A DNA stretch of 64,000 bases. It comes from Terriglobia bacterium (lineage in GTDB: Bacteria > Acidobacteriota > Terriglobia > 20CM-2-55-15). The notes beneath the pieces are model-generated. The model ran no database searches. It was given only the letters and a program-made list of their open reading frames with translations, and had not been told where the DNA came from. Where the stretch lies: the NCBI GenBank assembly GCA_963664115.2, contig CAXWPJ010000009.1:192001-256000 (forward strand), in the 5' to 3' direction. The position numbers were made by a program, and so were the translations under genes. Of the stretch, positions 28,269 through 38,577 are shown piece after piece; within the stretch, counting starts at the first letter, position 1, and every line of letters starts with the position of its first letter.

Positions 28269-30117
28269 TCCCAAAACAAGCGCATAACCAGTCCGCCGAG
28301 GCCCAGTTCGCGCCGATAGAATTCGAGGCATAGAATCCCGTTCCCGGATGGCCTGTTCCAGGTATCGAGTTTCTGTTGAATCTGTTTCAGTTCAGCCTCG
28401 CTGGTGTTGGACGGTTGACAGAAACCGGGACCTCGATCGCCCGGGCTCAGAGTCATGATCGGGTCAACATCGCAGAGGCTGACGCAACACATCCACCCCG
28501 CGGAACAAGACCGGCAACCACCGGTTCCAGGCCAGGATCCGGAACAGAATGCGCCGCCCGGTGCGCACGAGTTGGCACGGCACAAGCATGAAAGCGTTCA
28601 AGAAGGTTTTGAACTCCATGCGCAGCACGGTTTGCTTCTCAGCCTGATATTTTTGGCCCCAACGTCCGGTTTCGGGAAGCAGCAATGCAAACCACGCTTT
28701 CAGTGTCCAGGCCAGTGACGCGATCACCATGTAGGCCCAGTTGCTGGTCTGATCTCCGACCGGCATCCGCAACGCCTGAACGCCGTTCTTCAACTGCTCA
28801 ATGAGATTCTCCTGATTGCACCGTTGATTGGCACGCATCACAATCTGGTCGGCCGGATCCGAACGGTTGGTAATGTAGAAGAAGTACCGGATGTCGTCAA
28901 ACAACACCTGCTCTCCTTTGGCCACCGACAGATTCTTCCGCACCACGACGACACGGTAGTCCCGATCGCAGGCTCCGGGTCGATACCGAAACTCGGCCAC
29001 ATCCTCACCCTGCAAGCGGATATTGTCGAAACCGCGCTGCCGAACGATCTCTTCCTTCACGTTGTCGGGACGTTGGCGCGGTTCGGTCGCCACGTCGTAT
29101 TTCGCGGGCCGTTCCAGGCGCTTCCACTGGCGCGGCTCCAGTTCATCGGCCCGGGCCTTCAGGTTCGCCATCGCGTCAATCCCGAATATGAAACCCACCT
29201 GCTGGTCGTCCCATCCGTCCAGATGCCGGGTCTGGCTGAAGTCCGTGTCCCCGCGCAGCAGGATCTGGCGAAACCCCGCATGCCGGCACAATGCGATGGC
29301 TTGGTCGAACCGGACCGCGGCTCCTTCATGCGACGGCCGGTTGCCGCTACGATTGACCAGATACAGCGGTTCGGCGGTGTTGGCCAGCGAGATCATCAGC
29401 GGGTGATATCCCCACGTCCCGTCGTAGGCCACGTCCATCCCTTGCTTGCATTCCCCCGTGGTTTCGGCCAGTGTCCCGTCCGCGTCCAACACCGCTTCTT
29501 CGAAAAACGCCGCCGGTTGCTGTCGCCAGACTCCGAGCCGGACTTGATTGGTTGCCTCCATCAGACACTCCACGTCGTCGGCCTCGAATCTCCGGCAGAA
29601 GTCTCCCGCCGTCGTCGGATCCGGAATCCGTTGCGCTCCCAGCGCATCCAGATACACCGCATCGTTGCGCCGCAGTTCGATGTCTTCCAGGCACGTTCCT
29701 CCGCTCAAGGCGTTGTAGGCGATGTTCAGCACGTGATCCGACTCGTGATACGGCAGGTGCCGCTTCAACACATGCACGCCCTTGTCGATGGCTTCGATCA
29801 GCCCGGTCCGCCGCGCCACCAGTTGCATCGTCCCGATACCACCAACCGATGTGCCCCGCGTCCGCTCTCCCATCTCGTACTGAATGTTGCTCGCCGAAAA
29901 CATCGGCTCTACCTGATCCGTCCAATGCCGGTCCCCAAGCCGACGTTCGATTCGCCGCTTGCGGTTCCTCATGTTCTTGCGCGTATAATCGTTCATCTGA
30001 AATGCCTCCTTTTCCGAAGAATCTGTTCAAGGTTTTTTTCGCACGGAGAGGGGGCATTTCGGGTACTTCCGCTCTTATTGCACTATCATTTCCTCGTCAA
30101 TCACGCTTGTTCAGGGG
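28269..30117 (-). mobile_element. IS1380-family insertion sequence with CTAG duplication
   Basis: Ends TCCCAAAACAAGCG / CGCTTGTTCAGGGG. CTAG at 28265-28268 and 30118-30121. Confidence 0.9.
28464..29996 (-). CDS. IS1380-family transposase
   Basis: 510 aa with LDADGT, GYHPL, LRGDTDF and QRCNQENLIEQLK motifs. Confidence 0.92.
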   Translation of the reverse strand: MNDYTRKNMRNRKRRIERRLGDRHWTDQVEPMFSASNIQYEMGERTRGTSVGGIGTMQLVARRTGLIEAIDKGVHVLKRHLPYHESDHVLNIAYNALSGGTCLEDIELRRNDAVYLDALGAQRIPDPTTAGDFCRRFEADDVECLMEATNQVRLGVWRQQPAAFFEEAVLDADGTLAETTGECKQGMDVAYDGTWGYHPLMISLANTAEPLYLVNRSGNRPSHEGAAVRFDQAIALCRHAGFRQILLRGDTDFSQTRHLDGWDDQQVGFIFGIDAMANLKARADELEPRQWKRLERPAKYDVATEPRQRPDNVKEEIVRQRGFDNIRLQGEDVAEFRYRPGACDRDYRVVVVRKNLSVAKGEQVLFDDIRYFFYITNRSDPADQIVMRANQRCNQENLIEQLKNGVQALRMPVGDQTSNWAYMVIASLAWTLKAWFALLLPETGRWGQKYQAEKQTVLRMEFKTFLNAFMLVPCQLVRTGRRILFRILAWNRWLPVLFRGVDVLRQPLRC

Positions 30118-31465
30118 CTAGTACAGACTCCAAAGGGAGATCTCCTCTTCCGTCACCCTCATACCGAAGCTCAATTCGGATGTCTTTCAAACTGATATCC
30201 GAGTTCTGCTGAATTAACCGTGCGACTATTCCGGCGACATGAGGGGAAGCCATGCTCGTGCCGGACATTCGCGTGGTCCCACCATTCAATTGAGTGGATA
30301 GAATTCCGATGGATTTCAACTGGCATCCTTTATTGATGTCTTCCTGTTTCTCGCCAGGAGCCGAAACGGTCACTCCAACTCCCAAAAACCCCGTCAGGTC
30401 CGAAGTATCTAAATAAAATGCTCCATCTGTCGTGAAATAAGAGGCCGTGTCCGCCAGCACAGGGTCCGGGTGGCGTTTGCACTGGCTTATTCCGTCCAGA
30501 GCCGTCGTGCTCGCCACAGCGAAGACCTCGGGAAAACCAGCGGGCACCATGTCCTTGACTTCCTTCGTCCGATCATTACCCGCAGAAACGACAACTGCGA
30601 CACCTTGGCCCGTCAATGCCGTAATGGCTGAACGCAAGGCAGAATCATCGGAACTGGCGGATCGGCCTAGACTCATGTTTACGACGTCGATCGAATTTCC
30701 AGCCGGAGAGGCGTTGTTTAAGTCCCAAATCGAGTTCAAGCCATAGATGACGCCCGAGTCTAAGCCGGAACCCGTAGAGTCAAGTACCTTAACGCAATAG
30801 AGATCAACTCCTGGCGACACCCCAAGGACATCAATGAGGTTGTCCTGTGCCGCCACAATACCCGCTACGTGAGTACCATGCCCATTGTCGTCCTGACATG
30901 TGCCACCGAAATCATCGTAGATAGCTACGACCTGCGGAAGATCATGATGCCCAAGATCGATTCCCGTATCTACAATCGCGACACCAACACCCAAACCAGT
31001 CCAGCTACCAGGACCCGCTCCTACCCGTACAACGCCTGAGGGAACTTCTTGGGGAGGTGGATCTCCACCGCCGTCACCTCCTCCTCCCTTTCCACCACCC
31101 GGGTTATCGGGCTTCTTATTCGCCCGCTGGAAGGCAAACACCGGTCTATCGGGTACGATGCTCAATACGGACGGATCGTTCCCCAAGGCGGCGAGCGCGT
31201 TCGCGTTTGGAACCGTCACCGCGATGGCGTTGATGATCGAGTAATTATGGCGGAGTGCCGCGCCGGCGTTGTTCGCTGCGACCGCCCGGACTGCGGGGAT
31301 CGTTCCGTCACGGAAGGTCACGATGTAGTTCTGGGGACCCTGGGCCATAGCGGGAAGGAAAGATCCCTGGACCAGGGTCAGCAGTATTGCAATCCCAATA
31401 CAGACAATGAATGGATGAACGGGCTTGGATACTTTGTGGGGGGCGGTGTTGGAGACGGTCGTCAT
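30101..31465 (-). CDS. Secreted S8 subtilisin-like protease (I9 propeptide), C-terminus altered by IS1380
   Basis: IVDTG, HGTHVAG, SAGN, GTSMASPHVAG are intact. Native tail AGDQNDPEAEGIALVP-stop lies beyond the IS, ending at 28215. Confidence 0.92.
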   Translation of the reverse strand: MTTVSNTAPHKVSKPVHPFIVCIGIAILLTLVQGSFLPAMAQGPQNYIVTFRDGTIPAVRAVAANNAGAALRHNYSIINAIAVTVPNANALAALGNDPSVLSIVPDRPVFAFQRANKKPDNPGGGKGGGGDGGGDPPPQEVPSGVVRVGAGPGSWTGLGVGVAIVDTGIDLGHHDLPQVVAIYDDFGGTCQDDNGHGTHVAGIVAAQDNLIDVLGVSPGVDLYCVKVLDSTGSGLDSGVIYGLNSIWDLNNASPAGNSIDVVNMSLGRSASSDDSALRSAITALTGQGVAVVVSAGNDRTKEVKDMVPAGFPEVFAVASTTALDGISQCKRHPDPVLADTASYFTTDGAFYLDTSDLTGFLGVGVTVSAPGEKQEDINKGCQLKSIGILSTQLNGGTTRMSGTSMASPHVAGIVARLIQQNSDISLKDIRIELRYEGDGRGDLPLESVLAPEQA

Positions 31466-31612
31466 TCTGAACCTCCGGTTCTAAGTACGCTACCTTCGCT
31501 TTATATAAGAGTAGGATTTTACCCTAGGGACACGCACGCTGTGTCAATATTTTGTCACAAACATTGCACGCCTGGTTTTTTGAGCATCTAACCCGTTTAT
31601 TCATATATTGTT

Positions 31613-32401
31613 ATGACTATCAATAACCAGGATTCAGAAGGCATTATTTCCTCGGATCCCTTCCTGCACTGGTTCGACGCATTGTGGGAACGTCACACGA
31701 AAGAGCTGACCTTTCAGGAAATTCGGAAGGCCGTACAGGCTCTCTCGCGAGCTTACGTTGAGACACGCGGTAAACGCGTCGCCTCTGCCCTGGCAAGCGC
31801 CGGGAAGCGTGCCGGCTTCGCTCTCTTCTATGGGCCGCTGCACTTCCTGTTGCTCCGGAACATCTGCAGGGAACTCGATGTCTCCAGACACAAATGCAAG
31901 CGGATCCTGGATCTGGGCTGCGGCACCGGAGTGAGCGGCGCAGCCTGCGCACTCGAAACCCGGAGCGAGCCCGAAATAGTCGGAATCGACCAAAATTCAT
32001 GGGCACTTCAGGAAGCGAAATGGACTTACCGGACATTCGGATTGCGAGGAAACACCCGACCGGGGGATCTTAGTGGTGTTCGCTTGCCTGGGAGAGGAAC
32101 CGGCATTGTCGCGGCCTTCACAGCAAACGAACTGGACACCGAAAACCGGGAAAAGCTCAAAACAACACTTTTGGAAGCGACTTCAAGGGGAGCGGCTGTC
32201 CTCGTCGTTGAGCCGATCGCGCGTCGGCTGACACCCTGGTGGAAAGGTTGGGCCCAAACATTTATAAAGGCCGGGGGTCGCGCTGACGACTGGCGTTTTG
32301 AAGCCATTCTGCCGCAACAACTGAAGCTGATGGACAAAGCCGCCGGCCTCGATCACCGGGAGCTGACAGGCCGGTCTCTCTGGCTGAGGGGAAACCCATA
32401 G
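31613..32401 (+). CDS. Class I SAM-dependent methyltransferase
   Basis: ILDLGCGTG motif I, GID motif II, VLVVEP. Confidence 0.85.
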   Translation: MTINNQDSEGIISSDPFLHWFDALWERHTKELTFQEIRKAVQALSRAYVETRGKRVASALASAGKRAGFALFYGPLHFLLLRNICRELDVSRHKCKRILDLGCGTGVSGAACALETRSEPEIVGIDQNSWALQEAKWTYRTFGLRGNTRPGDLSGVRLPGRGTGIVAAFTANELDTENREKLKTTLLEATSRGAAVLVVEPIARRLTPWWKGWAQTFIKAGGRADDWRFEAILPQQLKLMDKAAGLDHRELTGRSLWLRGNP

Positions 32402-32507
32402 AACACCCCCACACCTCTTCATGTTAGCGGTGCTCCATTGATTGATCTTTGAACCTGCATTGGATACCCTTGCCCTCTTGCAGTACGACTTGATTGGGGG
32501 TGAATAG

Positions 32508-34085
32508 ATGAGATCCAGGTGGATTTTGACTGCGGTCGTATGTGTGGGGCTACTCGCCGCTTGCGCGTCGGAACCTGCCCTCGGCCCGGAAGCCGCACAG
32601 GTCTTGCTCGACGAAGTTGCTGAATCAATGGGTGGATGGGACACGTTGTCGGCCATCCAAAGACAGGAATTGGTCACACAGGGAAACGACTTTTCGCCCC
32701 TCCAGGCGACGGAACCGGGAGCTCTGTTGCAGACCACCGGTTTCGGCCAAAGTACCCTGATCGACTACAACGGGCCCTCCATACGGGTCGAGTTCGACGC
32801 CGAAAGAACGCCCCCGGCAACAGGGTCAATAGTCTTCGCCGAAGCGATAGCCGGTGACGTCGGCGCCTTATTCGGAGAAGCCGACGGGGAGCCCACGGCC
32901 ACGCGGATGCAGGGTAGCCGGGTAGCGGCTCGACTCCGCGACTACAACCGCATGCCGAGACAACTGCCTTTCACTGCCCGCAACGCTTCGGATCTCACCC
33001 GCGCCGAGGATCGCGTGGTTGATGGACAAAATTACGAAGTGCTCCGGTACACCGATGGTGCCAACCCCGTGGAAATACTGGTGGACCCTTTCAGCAACCT
33101 TCCCGCGCGCGTGATCTACACCGAAACCGAACCCCTTCTGGGCGACTACCAGAACGAAATAACTTACCTGGATTGGCGCGACACGCCGGTTCCGACCGAG
33201 GCCGAAGAGCCCCTGATGGCCCGGATGCCATTCGGTCAACGAATGGCAATGAACGGGCAGACCTTGCGCGAGGAGGCCTATCGGAACGTGATCAATAACG
33301 GGACGTTTCCGGAGGGCACTTTCGCCATTCCCCAAGCAGTCCGGGATGCTCGTGAACCGGGTCAACGCATCGTCGGTCAGTGGACACTTCGGCGCGCCCA
33401 TCTGGGCGTGGCAGGACAGGCCTGGGGTGACCCTGAACCGAACGTCATAGCGGATGAACTTGCGCCCGGAGTTCTCCACTTTCGCGGTGGCAGCCATCAC
33501 ACCATGGCCGTCGAGATGGAAGATCACGTCATCGTAGTCGAAGCACCTCTGCTTGAAGAGAGGTCGGAAGCCGTGATCGCTCTGATCGAGGAATCGTTTC
33601 CCGGCAAGCCCATCCGCTACTTCGTGACGACTCACTTTCACTTTGACCACAGTGGCGGCATCCGGACTTATGCAGCGCAAGGCGCCACGGCAGTGGTTCA
33701 TGAAAGCATCGCGCCATTCATCACGTCAGCGCTTCAAAGCCCGAGTACGATTCGGCCGGACATGTTGGCCCAAGCGGGTCTGACACCCGTTGTGGAAGGC
33801 GTCGCCGAGTCGATGGACCTAAGCGACGGCACGCGCACCGTGCAGGTCTTACACGTCCCAAACGAACACGCCACTGGAATGTTGATGGCCTACCTTCCGA
33901 ACGAAAGGATCGCCTTCGTCAGCGATCTGTATTCACCCCCGGCCGCACCTCAGGCCGACGATGCGAACGCACGTGCTTTCTATGACGCTGTCGTTAACGC
34001 TGGGCTGGATGTAGACCGCGTCGTGGGCGGCCACGGGGGACCTGCAGGTTCGTTCGAGGTTTTAACCGGCGTCTTCGGCAACTGA
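32508..34085 (+). CDS. Lipoprotein with C-terminal MBL-fold hydrolase domain
   Basis: Lipobox LAAC, THFHFDHSGG, EH, SD, GGHG. Confidence 0.9.
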   Translation: MRSRWILTAVVCVGLLAACASEPALGPEAAQVLLDEVAESMGGWDTLSAIQRQELVTQGNDFSPLQATEPGALLQTTGFGQSTLIDYNGPSIRVEFDAERTPPATGSIVFAEAIAGDVGALFGEADGEPTATRMQGSRVAARLRDYNRMPRQLPFTARNASDLTRAEDRVVDGQNYEVLRYTDGANPVEILVDPFSNLPARVIYTETEPLLGDYQNEITYLDWRDTPVPTEAEEPLMARMPFGQRMAMNGQTLREEAYRNVINNGTFPEGTFAIPQAVRDAREPGQRIVGQWTLRRAHLGVAGQAWGDPEPNVIADELAPGVLHFRGGSHHTMAVEMEDHVIVVEAPLLEERSEAVIALIEESFPGKPIRYFVTTHFHFDHSGGIRTYAAQGATAVVHESIAPFITSALQSPSTIRPDMLAQAGLTPVVEGVAESMDLSDGTRTVQVLHVPNEHATGMLMAYLPNERIAFVSDLYSPPAAPQADDANARAFYDAVVNAGLDVDRVVGGHGGPAGSFEVLTGVFGN

Positions 34086-34150
34086 TTACTGTCGGCGTAT
34101 ATAGCTGTTGACAACGTATGTGAATACGTTCAACTACGGTGGAGGACTAG

Positions 34151-35197
34151 ATGATGGATTCACGAATCGTCCGCGTTGCAATCGGCTTAGCTATAGCATG
34201 GGTTCTTTCTCCGATTGCGATGGCGCAGTCGGACGAGACGCTGGCCATTATCGATGGCGTCTCCTTAAGTGAAGCCGCCGTGAGAGCATTGGCCATCGAC
34301 GAACTCGACCAGCTCGAGACCCGACGCTTGCGATTCGACGCCACCTCCAAAGCCGAAGAGCACGAAATAATCGAAGAGGCTCTCAACGGCATGATTGCGG
34401 ACCACCTCCTGACAACCGAAGCCGAAAGCCGTGGCGTTTCCGTCGCCGATCTACTCGCGAGCGAGGTTGCCGCAAACACGCCTGCAGCCAGTGAAGAGGA
34501 GGTGCAAAACATCTATAACGTCAATCGCGAACAACTATCGGGCGTGTCGCTGGAAGTGGGTATGGGGCAGGTGAGAGATTTCCTGGGTCAACAAAACTAC
34601 GATCGGACGCTGGAGAGCTATATCGAAGACCTTCGTGAAGAGTACGCGGTCGAGTCTCTTCTGGGTCCATATCGAGTCGAAGTCGAAGCCGAGGGACATC
34701 CCTCTACGGGGTCTTCGGACGCGCCCGTGACCATCGTGGAGTTTTCGGACTTTGAATGCCCATTCTGCCGCCGTGCCGAGCCGGTATTCAAACAGATTCA
34801 AGAGGTATATGGCGATCAGGTGCGGATGGTGTACCGCCAATTTCCACTCAATGACATCCATCCCCGGGCTCAAAAGGCCGCCGAAGCGTCCTTGTGCGCT
34901 GATGAGCAGGGGCAGTTCTGGGATATGCATGACGTGTTGTTCCAGGATCCGATCGAATTGGAAGTCGCAAGCCTCAGGGAAAAAGCAGCTACAACCGGCC
35001 TGGACACAGAAGTATTCAACGAATGTCTTGAATCGGGTAAGTATGCGGACCGTATCGATGCCGACATTAGAGCCGGTGTCCTGGTGGGCGTGACCGGAAC
35101 ACCGGCAACGTTCATCAACGGGCGCCCTGTTATAGGCGCTCAGCCCTTCGAGTCGTATGCAGAGATAATCGACGAAGAACTCGGACTGAATAAATAG
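34151..35197 (+). CDS. DsbA-family thioredoxin with N-terminal helical (SurA-like) region
   Basis: EFSDFECPFC, RQFPL..IHP, GVTGTPATFING. Confidence 0.9.
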   Translation: MMDSRIVRVAIGLAIAWVLSPIAMAQSDETLAIIDGVSLSEAAVRALAIDELDQLETRRLRFDATSKAEEHEIIEEALNGMIADHLLTTEAESRGVSVADLLASEVAANTPAASEEEVQNIYNVNREQLSGVSLEVGMGQVRDFLGQQNYDRTLESYIEDLREEYAVESLLGPYRVEVEAEGHPSTGSSDAPVTIVEFSDFECPFCRRAEPVFKQIQEVYGDQVRMVYRQFPLNDIHPRAQKAAEASLCADEQGQFWDMHDVLFQDPIELEVASLREKAATTGLDTEVFNECLESGKYADRIDADIRAGVLVGVTGTPATFINGRPVIGAQPFESYAEIIDEELGLNK

Positions 35198-35219
35198 AAT
35201 ACTGTGACTGAGACCTAAG

Positions 35220-35801
35220 CTAAATCTGGCTCTCTTCGACCCACCTGGGAACCTCCAGACCCTCGTAGCCCTCCAAGCGGTCGAGCAGTTCGTCCCCACC
35301 CTCGGCCAGTGTCATCATGTTTCGATTCTTCGTTTCGATGAATTTCTCGGCTACAGCGTGGTTCAGGAACTCCAGCAGGTGATCGAAATATCCTTCGGCG
35401 TTAAGCAGTCCACATGGTTTTCGATGGATACCAAGTTGCGCCCAGGTCCAGATCTCGAACAGCTCTTCGAGGGTGCCCAAACCACCCGGCAACGCTATGA
35501 ACGCATCGGAGAGTTGCTCCATCTGGGTCTTCCGTTCGTGCATCGAAGCTACGACCCGGAGTTCCGACAGGCCCGAATGCGCCACCTCCCGGTCCACGAG
35601 AGGCCGCGGAATGACACCAATGACGTGGCCACCACGCTCCAGCACCGTATCCGCCAGCAGGCCCATCAGACCGACAGCCCCCCCGCCATAAACCAGACCC
35701 AGATTGCGCGAAACCAGGGCCACCCCCAAGCTCCGGGCAGCATCGCCATACTGAGATCGCGCACCCGAACTCGATCCGGCAAACACACAAACACGTTTCA
35801 T
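35220..35801 (-). CDS. LOG-family (TIGR00730) nucleotide phosphoribohydrolase
   Basis: LVYGGG..GLMG, MHERK, PGGLGTLEE. Confidence 0.95.
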   Translation of the reverse strand: MKRVCVFAGSSSGARSQYGDAARSLGVALVSRNLGLVYGGGAVGLMGLLADTVLERGGHVIGVIPRPLVDREVAHSGLSELRVVASMHERKTQMEQLSDAFIALPGGLGTLEELFEIWTWAQLGIHRKPCGLLNAEGYFDHLLEFLNHAVAEKFIETKNRNMMTLAEGGDELLDRLEGYEGLEVPRWVEESQI

Positions 35802-36190
35802 CACGAACGTCCGAGACCGTAACCTGCCCAAACGGCTAGCAATCCCGCAACGACATGCAGGACGACATTAAGTGCTGCGCGGGAAGGATCGGCCGCTCTC
35901 ACAAGAGCGAGCGTTTCATATCCGAAGGCCGAAAATGTCGTAAAGCCGCCAAGAACTCCGATGAAGAAGAACAATCGAAGCTCGGTTCCAATGACCTGCC
36001 GTGCATCGCCCAATCCACCCAGGATGCCAATCGCGAAGCAACCTGCGACGTTCACCAACAACGTGCCGTAAGGGAGAGTTGTCGATCCCAAAATTCGGTA
36101 AACGAGACCGCCGGCGCCAAACCGGCAAACGGACCCCAGAAATCCCCCTGCACCAACCAGAAGCGAATGCCAAATCCAACTCGTGCTCAC
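35801..36190 (-). CDS. crcB: Fluoride channel Fluc/CrcB
   Basis: GGFLGSVCRF, PYGTLLVN, GVLGGFTTFSAF. Confidence 0.95.
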   Translation of the reverse strand: MSTSWIWHSLLVGAGGFLGSVCRFGAGGLVYRILGSTTLPYGTLLVNVAGCFAIGILGGLGDARQVIGTELRLFFFIGVLGGFTTFSAFGYETLALVRAADPSRAALNVVLHVVAGLLAVWAGYGLGRS

Positions 36191-36260
36191 AACCTCTCCA
36201 CTTTATTGAAACAAAGCTTGAAACAGAACCGACGCTGGCCCTTCCTTGCCTGCTCCGGGC

Positions 36261-36632
36261 CTACTCCGGATCGGGATCCCGGTGAACCGTGTCAGGCGAA
36301 AACGCCGGCAGACACACAGCGAGGTACTCGGCGCCTCCGGTTTCAGGGCTGCTGTAGCGTACCCACTCACCCGGGCGTGCGACGACCCCCTGGCCAGCAC
36401 GCACGTCGAGTTGTCCACCTTCAAACTCCACTCTCAACATCCCATTGAGGACAACCGTGATTTCTTCAAACTCGGGGCGTTGTCCGGGCTCCATCCACCC
36501 CTCCGGGGCTACCATCCGCGCAACACTGGCACCCTCGTGTCCCGAATTAACGCGACCGGCATATTCTTCGATGCGCTTGGGCTTGTTGCCCGCGGCTTGA
36601 ATGATTGTGGGTTTCTCTATCAGTTCCGGCAT
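36261..36632 (-). CDS. Cupin domain protein
   Basis: KPKRIEEYAGRVN, EPGQRPEFEE, GEWVRYSSP, AVCLPAFSP. Confidence 0.85.
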   Translation of the reverse strand: MPELIEKPTIIQAAGNKPKRIEEYAGRVNSGHEGASVARMVAPEGWMEPGQRPEFEEITVVLNGMLRVEFEGGQLDVRAGQGVVARPGEWVRYSSPETGGAEYLAVCLPAFSPDTVHRDPDPE

Positions 36633-36651
36633 TGATTTAATCGTCCAATCC

Positions 36652-37458
36652 TCAAAAAGAGTTATCTCCGTCCAACACACGTCCGATTCCGCCCAACACG
36701 GATCCTTCACCACGTGACCGACCGCCCCGGAATCCTGGGACTGCAGCAACAATCCGGTTCGCCAGTCGGCTCAACGGCAGGGACTGGAGCCAAACCCGGC
36801 CTGGACCCTTGAGCGTCGCAAAGAACAATCCTTCGCCGCCGAACAGCGCCGATTTGATCTTACCGACAAACTGAATGTCGTAGTCCACCGTTCCCTGGAA
36901 ACCGACAATACATCCCGTATCGACTCGCAGTGTTTCGCCCTCCGCCAATTGGCGCTCATAGAGCGTCCCGCCGGCATGAATGAAGGCCCACCCGTCGCCA
37001 TCGAGGCGTTGCATGATGAATCCCTCGCCGCCGAACAACCCTGCGCCCAGCCGCCGCTGGAACGCAATGCCAATCGATACACCCTTCGCTGCGGCAAGAA
37101 ACGAGTCTTTTTGGGTGATGAAGTGGCCCCCGATGTCGGCCAGGTGGATCGCAATGATCTTGCCCGGATAGGGAGCCCCGAAAGCCACCCGTTTCTTACC
37201 CCCACCACTGTTCAGAAAGACCGTCATGAACAGCGATTCGCCGGTCAGCAGTCTTTTTCCGGCGCCGACCAGCGCACCCAACACTCCACTGTCGGATTGA
37301 GACCCATCGCCGAATATTGTTTCCATTTCGATCCCGTCATCCATATACATCATGCCTCCGGCCTCGGCTACGGTTGCCTCACCCGGATCCAGCTCCACTT
37401 CGACGAACTGCATGTCGTCACCAAAAATCTTGTAGTCCACTTCGTGCATCGTAGCCAT
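36652..37458 (-). CDS. TIGR00266 / AIM24-family protein
   Basis: [38 protein letters not shown]. Confidence 0.93.
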   Translation of the reverse strand: MATMHEVDYKIFGDDMQFVEVELDPGEATVAEAGGMMYMDDGIEMETIFGDGSQSDSGVLGALVGAGKRLLTGESLFMTVFLNSGGGKKRVAFGAPYPGKIIAIHLADIGGHFITQKDSFLAAAKGVSIGIAFQRRLGAGLFGGEGFIMQRLDGDGWAFIHAGGTLYERQLAEGETLRVDTGCIVGFQGTVDYDIQFVGKIKSALFGGEGLFFATLKGPGRVWLQSLPLSRLANRIVAAVPGFRGGRSRGEGSVLGGIGRVLDGDNSF

Positions 37459-37476
37459 CGTTTCTCCTTACGGTAG

Positions 37477-37556
37477 GGGACGGACACTTAACGATTGTGC
37501 GCATTCAATACGGCGACCCACTTTCGGTTGAACCGCAATTGTTAAATGTCCGTCCC
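37477..37556. repeat. GGGACGGACA inverted-repeat element, copy 2
   Basis: GGGACGGACACTTAACGATTG (37477-37497) pairs with CAATTGTTAAATGTCCGTCCC (37536-37556). Confidence 0.75.
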
Positions 37557-38492
37557 ATTCCCGGTCAATGCCTGGACGTGGGCGTGGACCGCGCCACCCA
37601 GGTTATCGAGGTTGTATCCGCCCTCCAGGAGGGCGATGAGGCGACCTGAACAGTGCCGTTCGGCCATGCCCATCAATTCCTTCGTCATTTCGGAAAAATC
37701 GGAGTCGTTCAGCATCAGTTGTCCCAGGGGATCCCCGATCCGCGAGTCAAAACCAGCCGATACGATAATCAAGTCGGGATGAAATCGCTCTTCAATTTGC
37801 CGAAGGGCCTCAGTAAAAGCTTCGCGGTGAACCGCTGCCGCGGTGTTCGATCTCAGGGGCACGTTGAGCGTGGCTCCCTCTCCGGCACCATCACCCGCAT
37901 CTGTGGCTCGGCCCGTGCCCGGATAGTACGGAAACTGGTGAGTCGAAAAGTAAAAGACATCGGGATCGGTATAGAAAATTTCCTGGCTGCCATTGCCATG
38001 GTGCACGTCCCAGTCGGCAATCAGTATCCGTTCCAATCCGTAGCGCGCTTGAGCGTATCGGGCGGCGATCGCCGCATTGTTGAACAGACAGAACCCCATT
38101 GCAGCGTTGGGCCGCGCATGATGCCCCGGCGGTCGGACGGGGGCAAAAGCATTGTCTGCACCTCCGTCGACAACCAGATCAACGGCCCGCAGGCCGGCGC
38201 CGACCGCCAGACGCGCGACGCCGAACGACTCCGGGCTGATGGCAGTATCGGGATCAACCCTGTCATGACCTTCACTGCTGGCCCGGCGAATGAAGTCGAA
38301 CAATTCCGTTGAATGGCACCGCGTAATATCCTCTTCTGAAGCCGAGACCGGCTCGACGTGTCGCAGTCGCCCCCACAAGACGTCATCCCCTTCGAGGGCC
38401 GCCCGGATAACTTCCAGCCGGCGGTACGTCTCCGGATGGTATCCGGTGTCGTGTTTCAGGAAGCGGGGATCGTCAATTAATGCAGTCGCCAC
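37542..38492 (-). CDS. Histone deacetylase-family (Zn-dependent amidohydrolase)
   Basis: HPE, RPPGHHA, GFCLFNN, DWDVHHGNG, SAGFD, LEGGY. Confidence 0.95.
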   Translation of the reverse strand: MATALIDDPRFLKHDTGYHPETYRRLEVIRAALEGDDVLWGRLRHVEPVSASEEDITRCHSTELFDFIRRASSEGHDRVDPDTAISPESFGVARLAVGAGLRAVDLVVDGGADNAFAPVRPPGHHARPNAAMGFCLFNNAAIAARYAQARYGLERILIADWDVHHGNGSQEIFYTDPDVFYFSTHQFPYYPGTGRATDAGDGAGEGATLNVPLRSNTAAAVHREAFTEALRQIEERFHPDLIIVSAGFDSRIGDPLGQLMLNDSDFSEMTKELMGMAERHCSGRLIALLEGGYNLDNLGGAVHAHVQALTGNGTDI

Positions 38493-38577
38493 TTGGAAAA
38501 TCCTTTAAAGGGTTCATCGTCGGGGTGAAACGAGCGGACGAGATCTAATCGATCAGAGCGAGTCGCAAAACAAGCAA

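Noticed and set aside
36191-36260. Fluoride riboswitch upstream of crcB
   Set aside because: No consensus found on either strand.
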